A stretch of 57,496 bases of DNA, counting the filler, from Sphacelaria rigidula (lineage: Eukaryota), in NCBI GenBank assembly GCA_964200075.2. It is 5 parts of 5 records of this genome, joined end to end, with 100 filler letters (N's around TTAATTAATTAA, not from the genome) between each part and the next. Parts side by side here need not be neighbours in the genome. Positions count along the whole stretch, not along the records: positions 34,563 to 45,979 come from CAXNAA020004938.1; positions 46,080 to 57,496 come from CAXNAA020004939.1; 3 more parts are not named here. One strand, written 5' to 3'. The notes under the pieces were generated by a model. That model saw only the letters and a list, made by a program, of their open reading frames with translations. It did no database searches and was not told the origin of the DNA. Made by a program: the position numbers and the translations under genes. This document shows positions 37,701 through 47,682 of this stretch, in pieces (the stretch's first letter is position 1; each line of letters begins with the position of its first letter).

Positions 37701-40700
37701 ATCCCGTCTTGTACCACGCGTGGTAGAAGTGTGCTTTTCCGCGTCCAAGTTCACCCGAACCCCTGCCCTCCTCCCTCTCATGAACCTTGTCATGTGCGTA
37801 ACGGTTAGTCCTCTAGCGATCTTTCTTGCTTGTCATGTGTGTAAAAATCGCACATTCAGAGCGTTCGGCGTCGCGGGCTCGACGCATGCATCACCCCCCA
37901 ACCTAGCCTTCTGCACCGCCCGCAGTACAGCAGCAAATGTGATGCCCCCTCGGCAGTTCTACCATATCCCCTGATTATTGGCGAAGTGTCCTTTCCGTTT
38001 GGGGCGCCTGACCTGGATAGTTTCTGTGCGTGGCTGAACGCGACACCTCTCCATTTTATATTCTATATGTACCAAGGATGACATTTTGAGCCAAGTCCAC
38101 CCGCCGATGAGATGCTGGGAATGGTATAAGATGGGAAGCGTGCAACCAGCGGCTTTCGGGGGGAGGAAACACGAACGGATTCCAGAAAACCTGCAAACTC
38201 CGCTTACTGGCAGTCACCACATCTTTATCCAAGATGTACACCCGACAGCATTCAAGTGCACCCGGTCTATAATGAGAATCGATAGTTGACGTGCGAACTG
38301 CCTTCTGCCTGGGCCAGTTTCACGAGGGTTTTAGCTGATGATATCTTATGACTGACCTGACTTGTGGTGCTGGCATCGAGACAGGTACCCTCGGCAAACT
38401 CGGCGACGCCCCCCATGTCTGCCAGTTTGATGTGGCCATCGGCTGCCAGCAGAATGTTACATGGCTGCAAATAAGCAATTGAGAGCTGACATTTAGCTTG
38501 GGCGGCGAAGTCAGGCGATAGATCTCAGAACTATGCCGCCGAGCTGAGAAACATCTTTCGTGGAAGGGCGAGAAAGCCTGAGTCATCATACCCATCCCCA
38601 GAAGAGGTCACGAGACGGGCTGAGTAATCATATATTGCAATATAATCTCTCCATTTCATTTGAGAATCTGCTTCCTTTGTGAAACTGGTTGTGCGTACGG
38701 TAACACAGCAACACTGTAGCTGTCGATGACGTAGCCGTGTACTGTGCTGCATATCCTATTTCGGGAACGCTCTCTATCCTTGGATGTTACCTTACATTCT
38801 CAGAAGCAACTGCGTCGAACTAGCACTGCACACGCAACAGTTGGTACAGGAAAACGTCCAAGAACTAATCACGCCCGGCGCACAAAAGAAAGACAAAACA
38901 TAGGGCGGAGAAATTGAACAGCACCGGGGCTTCCCAACGAGAAGCATGAGGAGCGGTACCGGGGCTTTTGCATCTTGCTCGTTGTATGCAGCAGAGCGAC
39001 TTGGGGCCAGGCTAGTACTGTGGTCGGGAACTGTCGTATTGTCTGACCTACTGTAGTATTTGCCCGGCTTCACAGCGGTATGATTCGCAGGATGGATGAT
39101 ACATTGCACAATGGACGTGATGTCGTCCTTCCAATATCCAACCTACGTAACACCACTAGTTGTACACTGCTCCTCGGTATGCGGTACCATCATTTTGGAC
39201 CCGGAGTCTAGCTCTGTGTTCGGCCATCAAATCTCGTTAGTGTAATTGGCATATTTTCAGAAACGGCCGACGCACTGTGCCGCGCAAACGATATTTTAAG
39301 CACTTCGCATGTAGTCAACATCGATTGAAAAGGGCAAAAGCTATTGATTAATCGGTGAGGACGTATATCGCTTGCTTGCCTAGTTTGTCACAAGCCGATG
39401 TTGACGTTCATCACCAAACCAAGGATAAAACAAAAGCCGAAATCTACTGACGAAACTTGCAGAAAACACACCGAGCTCTGTCCGTATGATAGTGTGCACA
39501 CCTTGAGATCTCGATACATCAGCCCCAGGTCGTGAAGGTGGGCGAGCCCTAATATAATCTCTGCCGTGTAAAACTGAACTCTCGCAAGAGACAAACGCCC
39601 TTCGTCCGAGCTGTCGATCGCTTCCTGTTCCAAGATTCGGGCATCAACCCATGAAATGGAATGGGAGGGTGGGAAGGGTCGGTGTTCATGTTGAGCGTTA
39701 ATGTCTCACGTCCTGGAGCATAAACCACGCGTCCTCGTGAGGAAGGAGCCGTACTCCCGATCGAGGGACAGTGCTGTGGAAACGCATCTCGCGGTAGTTT
39801 GATCAATATGGCTTGAGGGAACTCAATATGGAAGATTCGACGTACTCTTTCGACCGTTGATGGTGCATCCCCACCAGTACCATGCTAGGATGGTGCATTG
39901 CAGTGTTCGCCGGAGCTTGTAAGGTCCGCGCTGGTTCATACGAGAGCGGCGCTATATCTCAGCCAACTATCCGTGCGTTGCAAGAGCGAAACTGGATTTG
40001 GCTCTGGAGGCGTACCAGGCTATCCAGACATCAGATGTTGCGCGCTGGACAGCGGTGGTCTTGTCTCACGCACAGCCCATGACACTTGGATATTCACGCA
40101 AAGTTCCGTTTCTATAAGCTACTATAGAAAGAGGGGATTAAGATCAGGTCAAACGCGATTGATGGTGCTACCAAGCACGTTTCTCTCTTGTATGCATTTC
40201 CAGCTTTCATGGTGTATAAAATTGGTGCTCCAACGGTACAGCAGGTGTTTGGTTCCCGAACGCCCGCACCCCAAGCGCGCCACCCGGTACCGTGGCACAG
40301 ATCTTCCGAAACACGTCTAGCATGCTTTTCGGAAAGCAATTAGGAGACCGGAAGACGTTGCGCAAGAGGATAGGCTTGGAAAATAACATATGTGTCATTT
40401 AAATAAACCAAATACGGCTGCATTCGTAATCACTTCACGTGTCAGACTCTAAAGGTTACTGTAGCAAACCCGTCGCTTTGAGTTATGGACCGCAATCGCC
40501 ACTACCCTACAGGACCTATTTCGTCGTACGATGCCTGCCCTTTCCCTTTTCAGCGTAAAAAGATGTCGTCATCCTTCTCCTCGTACTGGCAAGCACAGTC
40601 TCCCTTGCAGAGGGAAAACTACTGAAGCAGCAATCACACCTGCAAATCGCCCCCGGTGACCAGTTCTAAGCACATGATTGCCAAGGAAGGTGTCTGGAAA

Positions 40701-43700
40701 GCGTAATCCATGCCGACGATAAACGGGTGGTGCGTCACTGACAACACGCGTCTGCACTTATGCAAACAAACGTTCCCATTCGTTTCGAAAAGCGCAAAAA
40801 CAAAGAACATCGGATTCAACCAGCAACCAATATCGCGGGCACAGATGACGCGGGGCGGGGGCGGGGGCGGGGGCGGGGAGGGGGGTGAGCAGGGGAACAG
40901 CGACGGGAAGGTGACAGGATCTTGAATCACTAAGACATGAGTCGTCAAAATCGTGACTGCTTTGCGGTTGCAGAAGAGACTTGGGGCATGGCTATCCGCC
41001 CCGCCGCGGTAAATGCGTCATCCAGTCATTCAGTGGGGGAAACAAGAGCCTGCGCTAAAAAATGTCAAAACAACAGCCAAGCCTTGGTGCTGTTTAGCCC
41101 AGCGCGAGTGTGGCTCTGAGACTTCGACGGCAAGCCCTTGGTTAGGTCAGGGTCACATCGAGCAGTTACATTAGAGATTGAGCGGGGCAAAATCGAACAT
41201 CACATTTTTCAATTTCCAAGAGTCCATAGAGATGAGTGGAGCGCATGCGGAGCTTCTACTCCGTAATGACGTCGAGAGTCAGGACCCTGAAAACATTTAC
41301 CAAGATTTCCATCATGTCTATTCATTGGCACGAGTGCTGAGCATGGCCTTAAACCGCTTGTGTGGGTCATGCCCTCGGCCCCGAATCTACCCTGTCGGCT
41401 GTTAATGACACAAGGCGGTGCCTCGACGTAGTTCGTAGGCGTGTACCAAAACAGTGGAATTTGTGATGATACACGCGAGGACGAAAATCACAAATCGTCT
41501 TTTGGCACAACACGATGGTGGTGCTGTTGACTTCCTCACCTCTCGTGGTCGATGCGCGTAGGGTCGTCATTAAACGTATCCAACAGGGCAGTTTTGAGCT
41601 GGATCTTCATGGCGTAATGCCTCCCCGTGCTCTCCTTTTTCACCTGCACCACCCGGCCAAATCCCCCCTCCCCTAACCGCTCAATATATAAGAAGTCCTC
41701 GGGACGCACCTACGCAGCAAAAGGTGGTAACAGGTTGCAACAAACAAATCAACACGCGATTACAGTAGTTCAGCTAGGCAACGTTGGCCAAAGCGTGAAA
41801 ACGTCTAGTCGGTCAGATTAATCTTATACTCAGCCCAACAAGCGCGTAGTCATTCTGTTGACATTCTGGCCCAGGATCAGAGTTGCTAGGAGGAGGATGT
41901 ACTCATGATCTTGCATGACATAGTCATCTCACCATTGACCTCGGATTCCCACAAAGCCGGAACGGAGCACGCCGTGTTTTCGCTGGACCAGACTTGTAAT
42001 CACCAAGCGTGAAGCGCCGTGATGCGAGTCGCATAAGGAGTAACCTGCATCGTGCTACGATTGCTCGGCCCGAAGTGTACTAAATACCTTGCATACGGAT
42101 GACAGCCTCCAACGGGTTACTCCCATTTTTGGCATCACCATTTTTAGAGACAGCCACGGGTTACACTGCATCATGGGTGTCTCACCATTTAAACACTACG
42201 TAGTACGATCATCCCCTTCGAAGCGCGGACATGAAATTTTCCTCCCGGCACAATATGATCTAAATCGATCACCATCAGGGGACGGGGATGGTCACCAATT
42301 TTGGGAAGATTCACTCACGGCAAGGACCCTTTTAATGGTGCAATCCATGCAACAGAGTCCATGGCTTCCCCCCGTCGCTCGCACCGGCTTTCAAGACCAA
42401 CACACACTGCACACAGCCTGACTTGGAAAGTCGTAACCTTGTTGTAGGCATTCTTCATGTCCTCGCGCATCGCCGTGTACGCCGGGGTTTCGACAAAACG
42501 CTGGAATGTGTTGTAGAACATCTCATTGAACACAATTTTTTGAAGCCCGTCGAACATATCCGTTGATATCGCGCTCCGGTCGGTGCTTCCCGCGTCGATG
42601 ATGTCCTTGATTCGGGCTCGCTCCTCCGCCGGGATGCTTCCAATCTGCAGCAGGGGAAAAAACACCAAACGTTCGTGGCGAGCGAGTCCTAAATTTCGTG
42701 GAACAGTGTCCTTATGAAGTCTCTGTTGCTGCATACTACTTCACCGCATTGGGTTGCACCCAAGCAGCTTTGGTTTATGCTTTAGTCGTGTTTTGAGCTG
42801 TTTAACAACCAAGGGGCATATTGAGCAGAGGTCATGTATATCGTATAATAACTACAATGCAGACAGCACACAGAACAAAGGCTTGGTAAAAAAAAGGAAT
42901 CAATAACATGTTTAGAGGCGACACACATATTAATATCTGTGAACCGGACGGTTAAATACCCACGCACAAGCGGCACAGCAATCATTCGTCTCCCGAATAC
43001 CACTTATGACCACCAAGGAGCAAGGGCTTATCACGAACACGTTAGGATTCAATGCTGCATCACCCAAATCTGCCCGGTTCTACACTTTTCGGGTACACAC
43101 ACACACCTGCAGTACCGCGCCGTCTCGGACGTACTTTTGATAGATGTGCATGGACTTGCCCCGTCGGTAGTCGGCTGTTGGTATTCCACGAAACTCTTGA
43201 ATGTCAACCCAGGCATAAAACGATTCCTGTACGTCAATGAGGCAGATACGTGGACTGTCTTTAATGACTGTGTGTGTGTGCGTGTGGGGAGGGGCAGGAG
43301 GAAGGTACTCATAATCTTGCATGCCGTAGTCATATGACCGTTGACCTCGCATCTCTACAAAGCCGGGATGGATCACGCCGGGTTTTCGCCGGACCAAGCA
43401 GGGTGGGGAGGGGTGTACTCATGATCACGCATGCCATAAGTCATACGACGATTGACCTCGCATCCCTGCAAGCCGGGACGGAGCATGCCGGGTTTTCGCC
43501 GGACGAGGCTCGCAATCAATCACCAAGCGCGAAGCGCCGTGGTGCGTTCAGCGAGTCGCATGAAGGGTGAGTTGCTTCCTGCTAAGATATGTTCGGCACG
43601 AAACCTACTGAATATCTTGCTCTTGGATGACAGCCTCCAACGAGTTGCTTCATTTTCTGGTATCACCACCTCCAGAGACAGACACAGCTTATACACTACC

Positions 43701-45255
43701 TCATGGGTGTCTCACCATTTGAGCACTATAGTACGATCGTCCCCGTTGCGCGGAGTTGAGGTTCCCCCACGCCGCACAACATGATCTAGCTCGACTACCA
43801 TCGTGGTTACCGCCAAAAAAAACCGCAAGCGCGCCAAAAACAAACGGTAACCTGGTTGCCTAGCTTACGCAGTGAATGGCGTGTATTACAGCGTCATCGC
43901 CAACCGACGCCAACCCCCTCATGGGTCCACCCCTACAGTAAAGCTGGGACAGACCACGCCGGGTTCTCGCCGGACCAGGGGGGCTTTGGTGTTTGCATGT
44001 CGATACCCTGACAACCCAACGGATCACGGTCTCCCGTTAATCAGGGGGTGGTCGCGATTGTCGGCCACCATCCAGAAGTAGATTCTTACTTAGCTTTTCG
44101 AACTGTGATGTTTACGCTACCGATCAATGCCTTGGTGTCATGTGGGAACTACTCTATCAAGCGGATCAAACGGGCACTTACTCCCTTCGTCGGAGTTCCC
44201 TCCCACCACCCCCTGCCTGTCATCGACGGGTGTCCAAACAGCGACACATTGAGGAAACACCGAGTCGATGGCAAGGGTCGACAAACTCGCGGTATCGGAT
44301 ACCCGAACAGCAATGTTGGAAGCATCAGCAACCAATTTCGATACGAGCACTGACTGCGGGGGTTTGGTTGGGATACGCGCAAAATCCGAGGTATACCTGC
44401 AGTGACTTCGTCGAGGAAAAATCAGGACTTCCGCTCAATGGCAGTACCCAACATCGTTATTTCGCTGCCTCCTTTCACACTACACCTTCCACATCCCATG
44501 CACACTTCACGCGAACAGCACATACCGGTGGAATCGTTGTCCAGCACGACTAGAGACATAGACTTGTCTTGACTGTGATTTGACAAGGAATCGTCACTAC
44601 ACTACCAAAAGAGCATTGCAAGCTCTCTCTCTTTCTAATGCAGTACCGGGACTCATGACGTAGTACTAGGCGACAGTTATATATCTTAATTTATCCCCCG
44701 TTAAGTGGGGGCTTTAGCTCATTCGGGGGCTTCTGTCGATATGGCTATATTTAGTCTTCATTCATCGGCGGCCGCTTCTATTTTAGGTGCTATTAATTTT
44801 GTTACAACTATTTTTTATATGCGTGCATTAGGTATGGGTATGCATCGATGACCACTTTTTGTATGGTCGATTCTTATTTTCACTCTTGTTATCTTTGCCG
44901 GTATTACACATGCTGCGTATTATCCTGCGTGACCAAACAAACACCGGAAGGAACAGAGGCACGCTCGGCTCCGAGCGCATGCGTATCCTGCTAAATGCAC
45001 GCAAATCGCTGAAGTACAAAGCATTGCAGCACCCAGACTCATTTGTATGGGAATGTGTAGCCCAAGGGCTACACCCATGCTTAGCATGTCGCTCGCCTGC
45101 GTCATCGCTTCTTTGGCAAACTCTCCCAGGTACTTCTGCCCGATCGGCTCCTCCAGCATAGCTCGCATCTCCAATGCCCGAGGGTCCAACTGCCCATCCG
45201 GAAGGCTAGCATCTTTGGCAAACGTCTCCGCGAGCGCTTTCACCTCTGGGATTAT
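34661..45255 (-). CDS. GRK-like protein: RGS (RH) domain plus AGC Ser/Thr kinase, internal 11 exons (481 aa), both termini not identified
   Basis: Exons 45255-45097, 43226-43107, 42644-42438, 41709-41540, 40751-40640, 39624-39502, 38464-38357, 36921-36803, 36253-36187, 35697-35563, 34783-34661 splice in phase without stops. RGS part: [12 protein letters not shown]...[12 protein letters not shown]...IYQKYV...MFYNTFQRF. Kinase part: GEGGFG, YAMK, HPFIV..DYAFQT, YRDLKPCN, DMG, GTQGYMAPE, DYWSLG, ERLG. Confidence 0.9.
35563..35697 (-). CDS. GRK-like gene exon (kinase IX)
   Basis: [21 protein letters not shown]. Confidence 0.9.
36187..36253 (-). CDS. GRK-like gene exon (kinase VIII)
   Basis: [22 protein letters not shown]. 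Confidence 0.9.
36364..36690 (+). mobile_element. tRNA-derived SINE-like element in a kinase intron
   Basis: Pol III A box TGGCACAGTGG (36375-36385) and B box GGTTCAAATCTC (36419-36430). Acceptor-like pairing GGTCGCCCCG / CGGAGCAACC. No clean anticodon arm. 3' end uncertain. Confidence 0.6.
36803..36921 (-). CDS. GRK-like gene exon (activation-loop insert to GTQG)
   Basis: VKNPFRGPE...[20 protein letters not shown] acceptor, GTAAGA donor. Confidence 0.8.
37463..37680. mobile_element. Possible small TIR element (MITE)
   Basis: Ends CAGGCGCG / CGCGCCTG with internal inverted cagcggt / accgctg. No TSD seen. Confidence 0.35.
38357..38464 (-). CDS. GRK-like gene exon (kinase VII)
   Basis: [23 protein letters not shown]. 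Confidence 0.85.
39502..39624 (-). CDS. GRK-like gene exon (kinase VIa-VIb)
   Basis: [27 protein letters not shown]. Confidence 0.9.
40640..40751 (-). CDS. GRK-like gene exon (kinase IV-V)
   Basis: [20 protein letters not shown]...[10 protein letters not shown]. Confidence 0.9.
41540..41709 (-). CDS. GRK-like gene exon (kinase subdomains I-III)
   Basis: [35 protein letters not shown]. Absent from the ORF track. Confidence 0.9.
41890..42276 (+). repeat. ~400-bp interspersed repeat, copy 1
   Basis: Colinear with 43405-43802 (gtactcatgatc, atcaccaagcg.gaagcgccgtg, ggatgacagcctccaacg, catgggtgtctcaccattt). Confidence 0.85.
42438..42644 (-). CDS. GRK-like gene exon (RGS C-part)
   Basis: [12 protein letters not shown]...[15 protein letters not shown]...AYNK. 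Confidence 0.85.
43107..43226 (-). CDS. GRK-like gene exon (RGS)
   Basis: [12 protein letters not shown]...[16 protein letters not shown] bounded. Confidence 0.85.
43290..43980 (+). repeat. Same repeat family: partial head 43290-43400, full copy 43405-43802, fragment ~43915-43980
   Basis: Direct sequence matches to 41890-42276 and 22255-22372. Confidence 0.85.
45097..45255 (-). CDS. GRK-like gene exon (start of RGS domain)
   Basis: IIPEV...[22 protein letters not shown] acceptor, GC donor. Confidence 0.8.
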
Positions 45256-45979
45256 CTGATACCGCAAGTCGTTGTAGTGGGGTGAGTCGACAGTGTTATG
45301 AGCCGAATAATCTCGTGTTTTCCCCCGCGTGGGGGTCAGGAGTAGGTATCTCGAACTCCCCTTCATAGGGAATATGACTAATGCAGCTAGTAAACTGACA
45401 CTGCGTTGAAACAGCTCTTCGGGAGCGAGAGTGGTGATTCTCAGACATTTGTGACCAGTGGTAGACAGAGTATTCACTTCAAACTTAGCACTATCCTTCT
45501 GAGAACAGCAGACCCACGGGCATTGCAAATTTTCTGGTATAGTGTCCTGCAGTACATCAAGATTACAACGAGTCGCATGCATCCCACGCAAGTACCCTGA
45601 ACATGTCACCACCTACATGTATTCATATCAGCCCACATCATATCTTGGGAGTCCCTTTCCCCCCAAACCCCTTGTGGGCGTGATTGTGTTGAAAAACAAA
45701 ACATGTGTTATTCAAGCCATGTGATATCGGTCTACACCCGGGTGCTTGCGAACCGCACTTGAAGACACGGATAAGACCATGACTTTACAGGCAGCTTGCA
45801 CGATGATGAAAACGGTGTACAAGTTTATTGCGTACATACGCCGACACCGAGGTAATGAGGCTTTTCGTCTGTCACACGAGTGCTTTCTCTCGACCCCGAA
45901 GTAGCTTCGAAAAATACATTCGGGGGGGGGGGGGGGGGGGTGGTTCTTTGTTGTTTTCTGTTTATGGTTGTTGACGTGT

Positions 45980-46079
45980 NNNNNNNNNNNNNNNNNNNNN
46001 NNNNNNNNNNNNNNNNNNNNNNNTTAATTAATTAANNNNNNNNNNNNNNNNNNNNNNNNNNNNNNNNNNNNNNNNNNNN
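45980..46079. other. Artificial contig linker
   Basis: N-TTAATTAATTAA-N, 100 nt. Confidence 0.98.
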
Positions 46080-46080
46080 T

Positions 46081-47682
46081 CACCGTCCAGGGTCCTGTGT
46101 ACCTGTCGTGCTGCAGCTTCCTGTCTCTGCCATCTCGATACGTGGAGCTTTCGCTCTCCCTCACCATGACCAGATCCCCTTCCGTGACCGACACGCCTGC
46201 TGATGGTCTCGAGATGGCTGCATTGTCCTTCTCCCGCGATGCTGCTTTTGCCCCCTGCCTCTTGTCCATCGCCATTCTTACCTCACGGAGGTTTTGTCTG
46301 CGCTGTTCAACGAAAGCATCTAGTCCCTTGCTCGGTTCTGCTTCTTGTGAGAGAGGCACGAGCGAGTCTAGCGATGTGCGCGGTTTGCGGCCGAACAGCA
46401 GCTCAAAAGAGGACAAGTTAGAGGGGAGCGATGTGTCGGGCAATGTGCGCTTGATCCAGAGGGCGGGTGAGACATACTCATCCCACCTCTGGGGCCACAG
46501 CCTACATAGTTCCGATAGCATGTCCAACAGCCATCCCCCAAGTCGCTCGACCGCTCCCTGACCGCGTGGGTGGTCCGACGGCCCAAAAGCGATGTCTGCC
46601 TTCAACCACCTGCACAGATGCGTGACGACATCGGCCCTGAACTCTTTGCCCCTGTCGCAGCGGATCATTTGTGGGACACCAAACGTTAGGCACAACTCTG
46701 CTGGTATGCGTGCGATCTCGTCCGCTTCTCTTGATGGCAGAGGAAGCCCGAATGGGAATCGGGAGGCGCGGTCAAGTACCAGCAGAATGTACTTGTTGCG
46801 CGAGTGCGACATCACATCAATGGTTAGTAGGTCGATTTCCAACTCAGCCCATGGGTGTAAAGTGCGCCCCGGTCTCATCGCCATTTGACGGCTGTTTGCC
46901 TTCTTGCGTCGTCTACAGCTGCCCGATAGCACGTACTGTCTGGTGTCACGTGTCATGGTGGGCCAATGGAAGCGATCGTGTATCAGAGCAAGGGTGGCGC
47001 CTACTCCGACATGTCCGTGGAGGGTATGCACGAGTGCCAACAGGTCAGCTACCATTGTTTTCGGCACCGCTAGCAGCTCCTTATCGTCGGCTGCTCGGTA
47101 CCACAGTATACCTTGCTCGTCTACTTTGTAATCTGACCGTCTCTCACTCACCGTCTCTGGTGTTTCGCTGCCTGCAAGATCTGACTGCACCTGTTTGAGA
47201 AAGGGATCCCTTTGTTGGTGGTGCCGGAGATTGCTCACGTTGGTGAGTATCCGTAGTGCACGCTCGATCGCCGTTGTGTCCGTCAAGTCCAGATCCGCTA
47301 ACCCCGTAGGCATTTCTCCCCCGGCTAGGAGCACTTCACCCACTTCTACCCTTTCACCGGTGGTCGGGGGGATGATCGGTTTCGGCACCTGTAGCGTTAC
47401 TTCAGTCGGCGTTGGCTCTGCGGGCGGATTCGGGTCGATTACTTGAGTAGTGAAGGGCAGAGGTGTTGTGTACGCGGCATCGGGGGGTTGCAGGCGTACT
47501 GACAGTCTGCGGATACGAGTTGAACGGCGCACGGGTTGGTTATCCTTGATGACTGCGCATTCTGAGAAAGGGAGTAGACTCAGGGTGGCGATGCTCCGTG
47601 AATCGTTGGCATCCGACGATGAGTGCATACCTGTGTCTGCACTTACCGACGTATCCGCTCCCTCTGGTTGTAGGTCCGACAG
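46081..47682 (-). pseudogene. Integrase (HHCC plus DDE core), partial
   Basis: VHTLHGHVG...FHWPTM...VLSGSC (one Cys appears lost), EIDLL, IRCDRGKEF, GQGAVERL, FELLFGRKPR, RYTGPW. Same frame as pol after a TGA. Confidence 0.9.
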
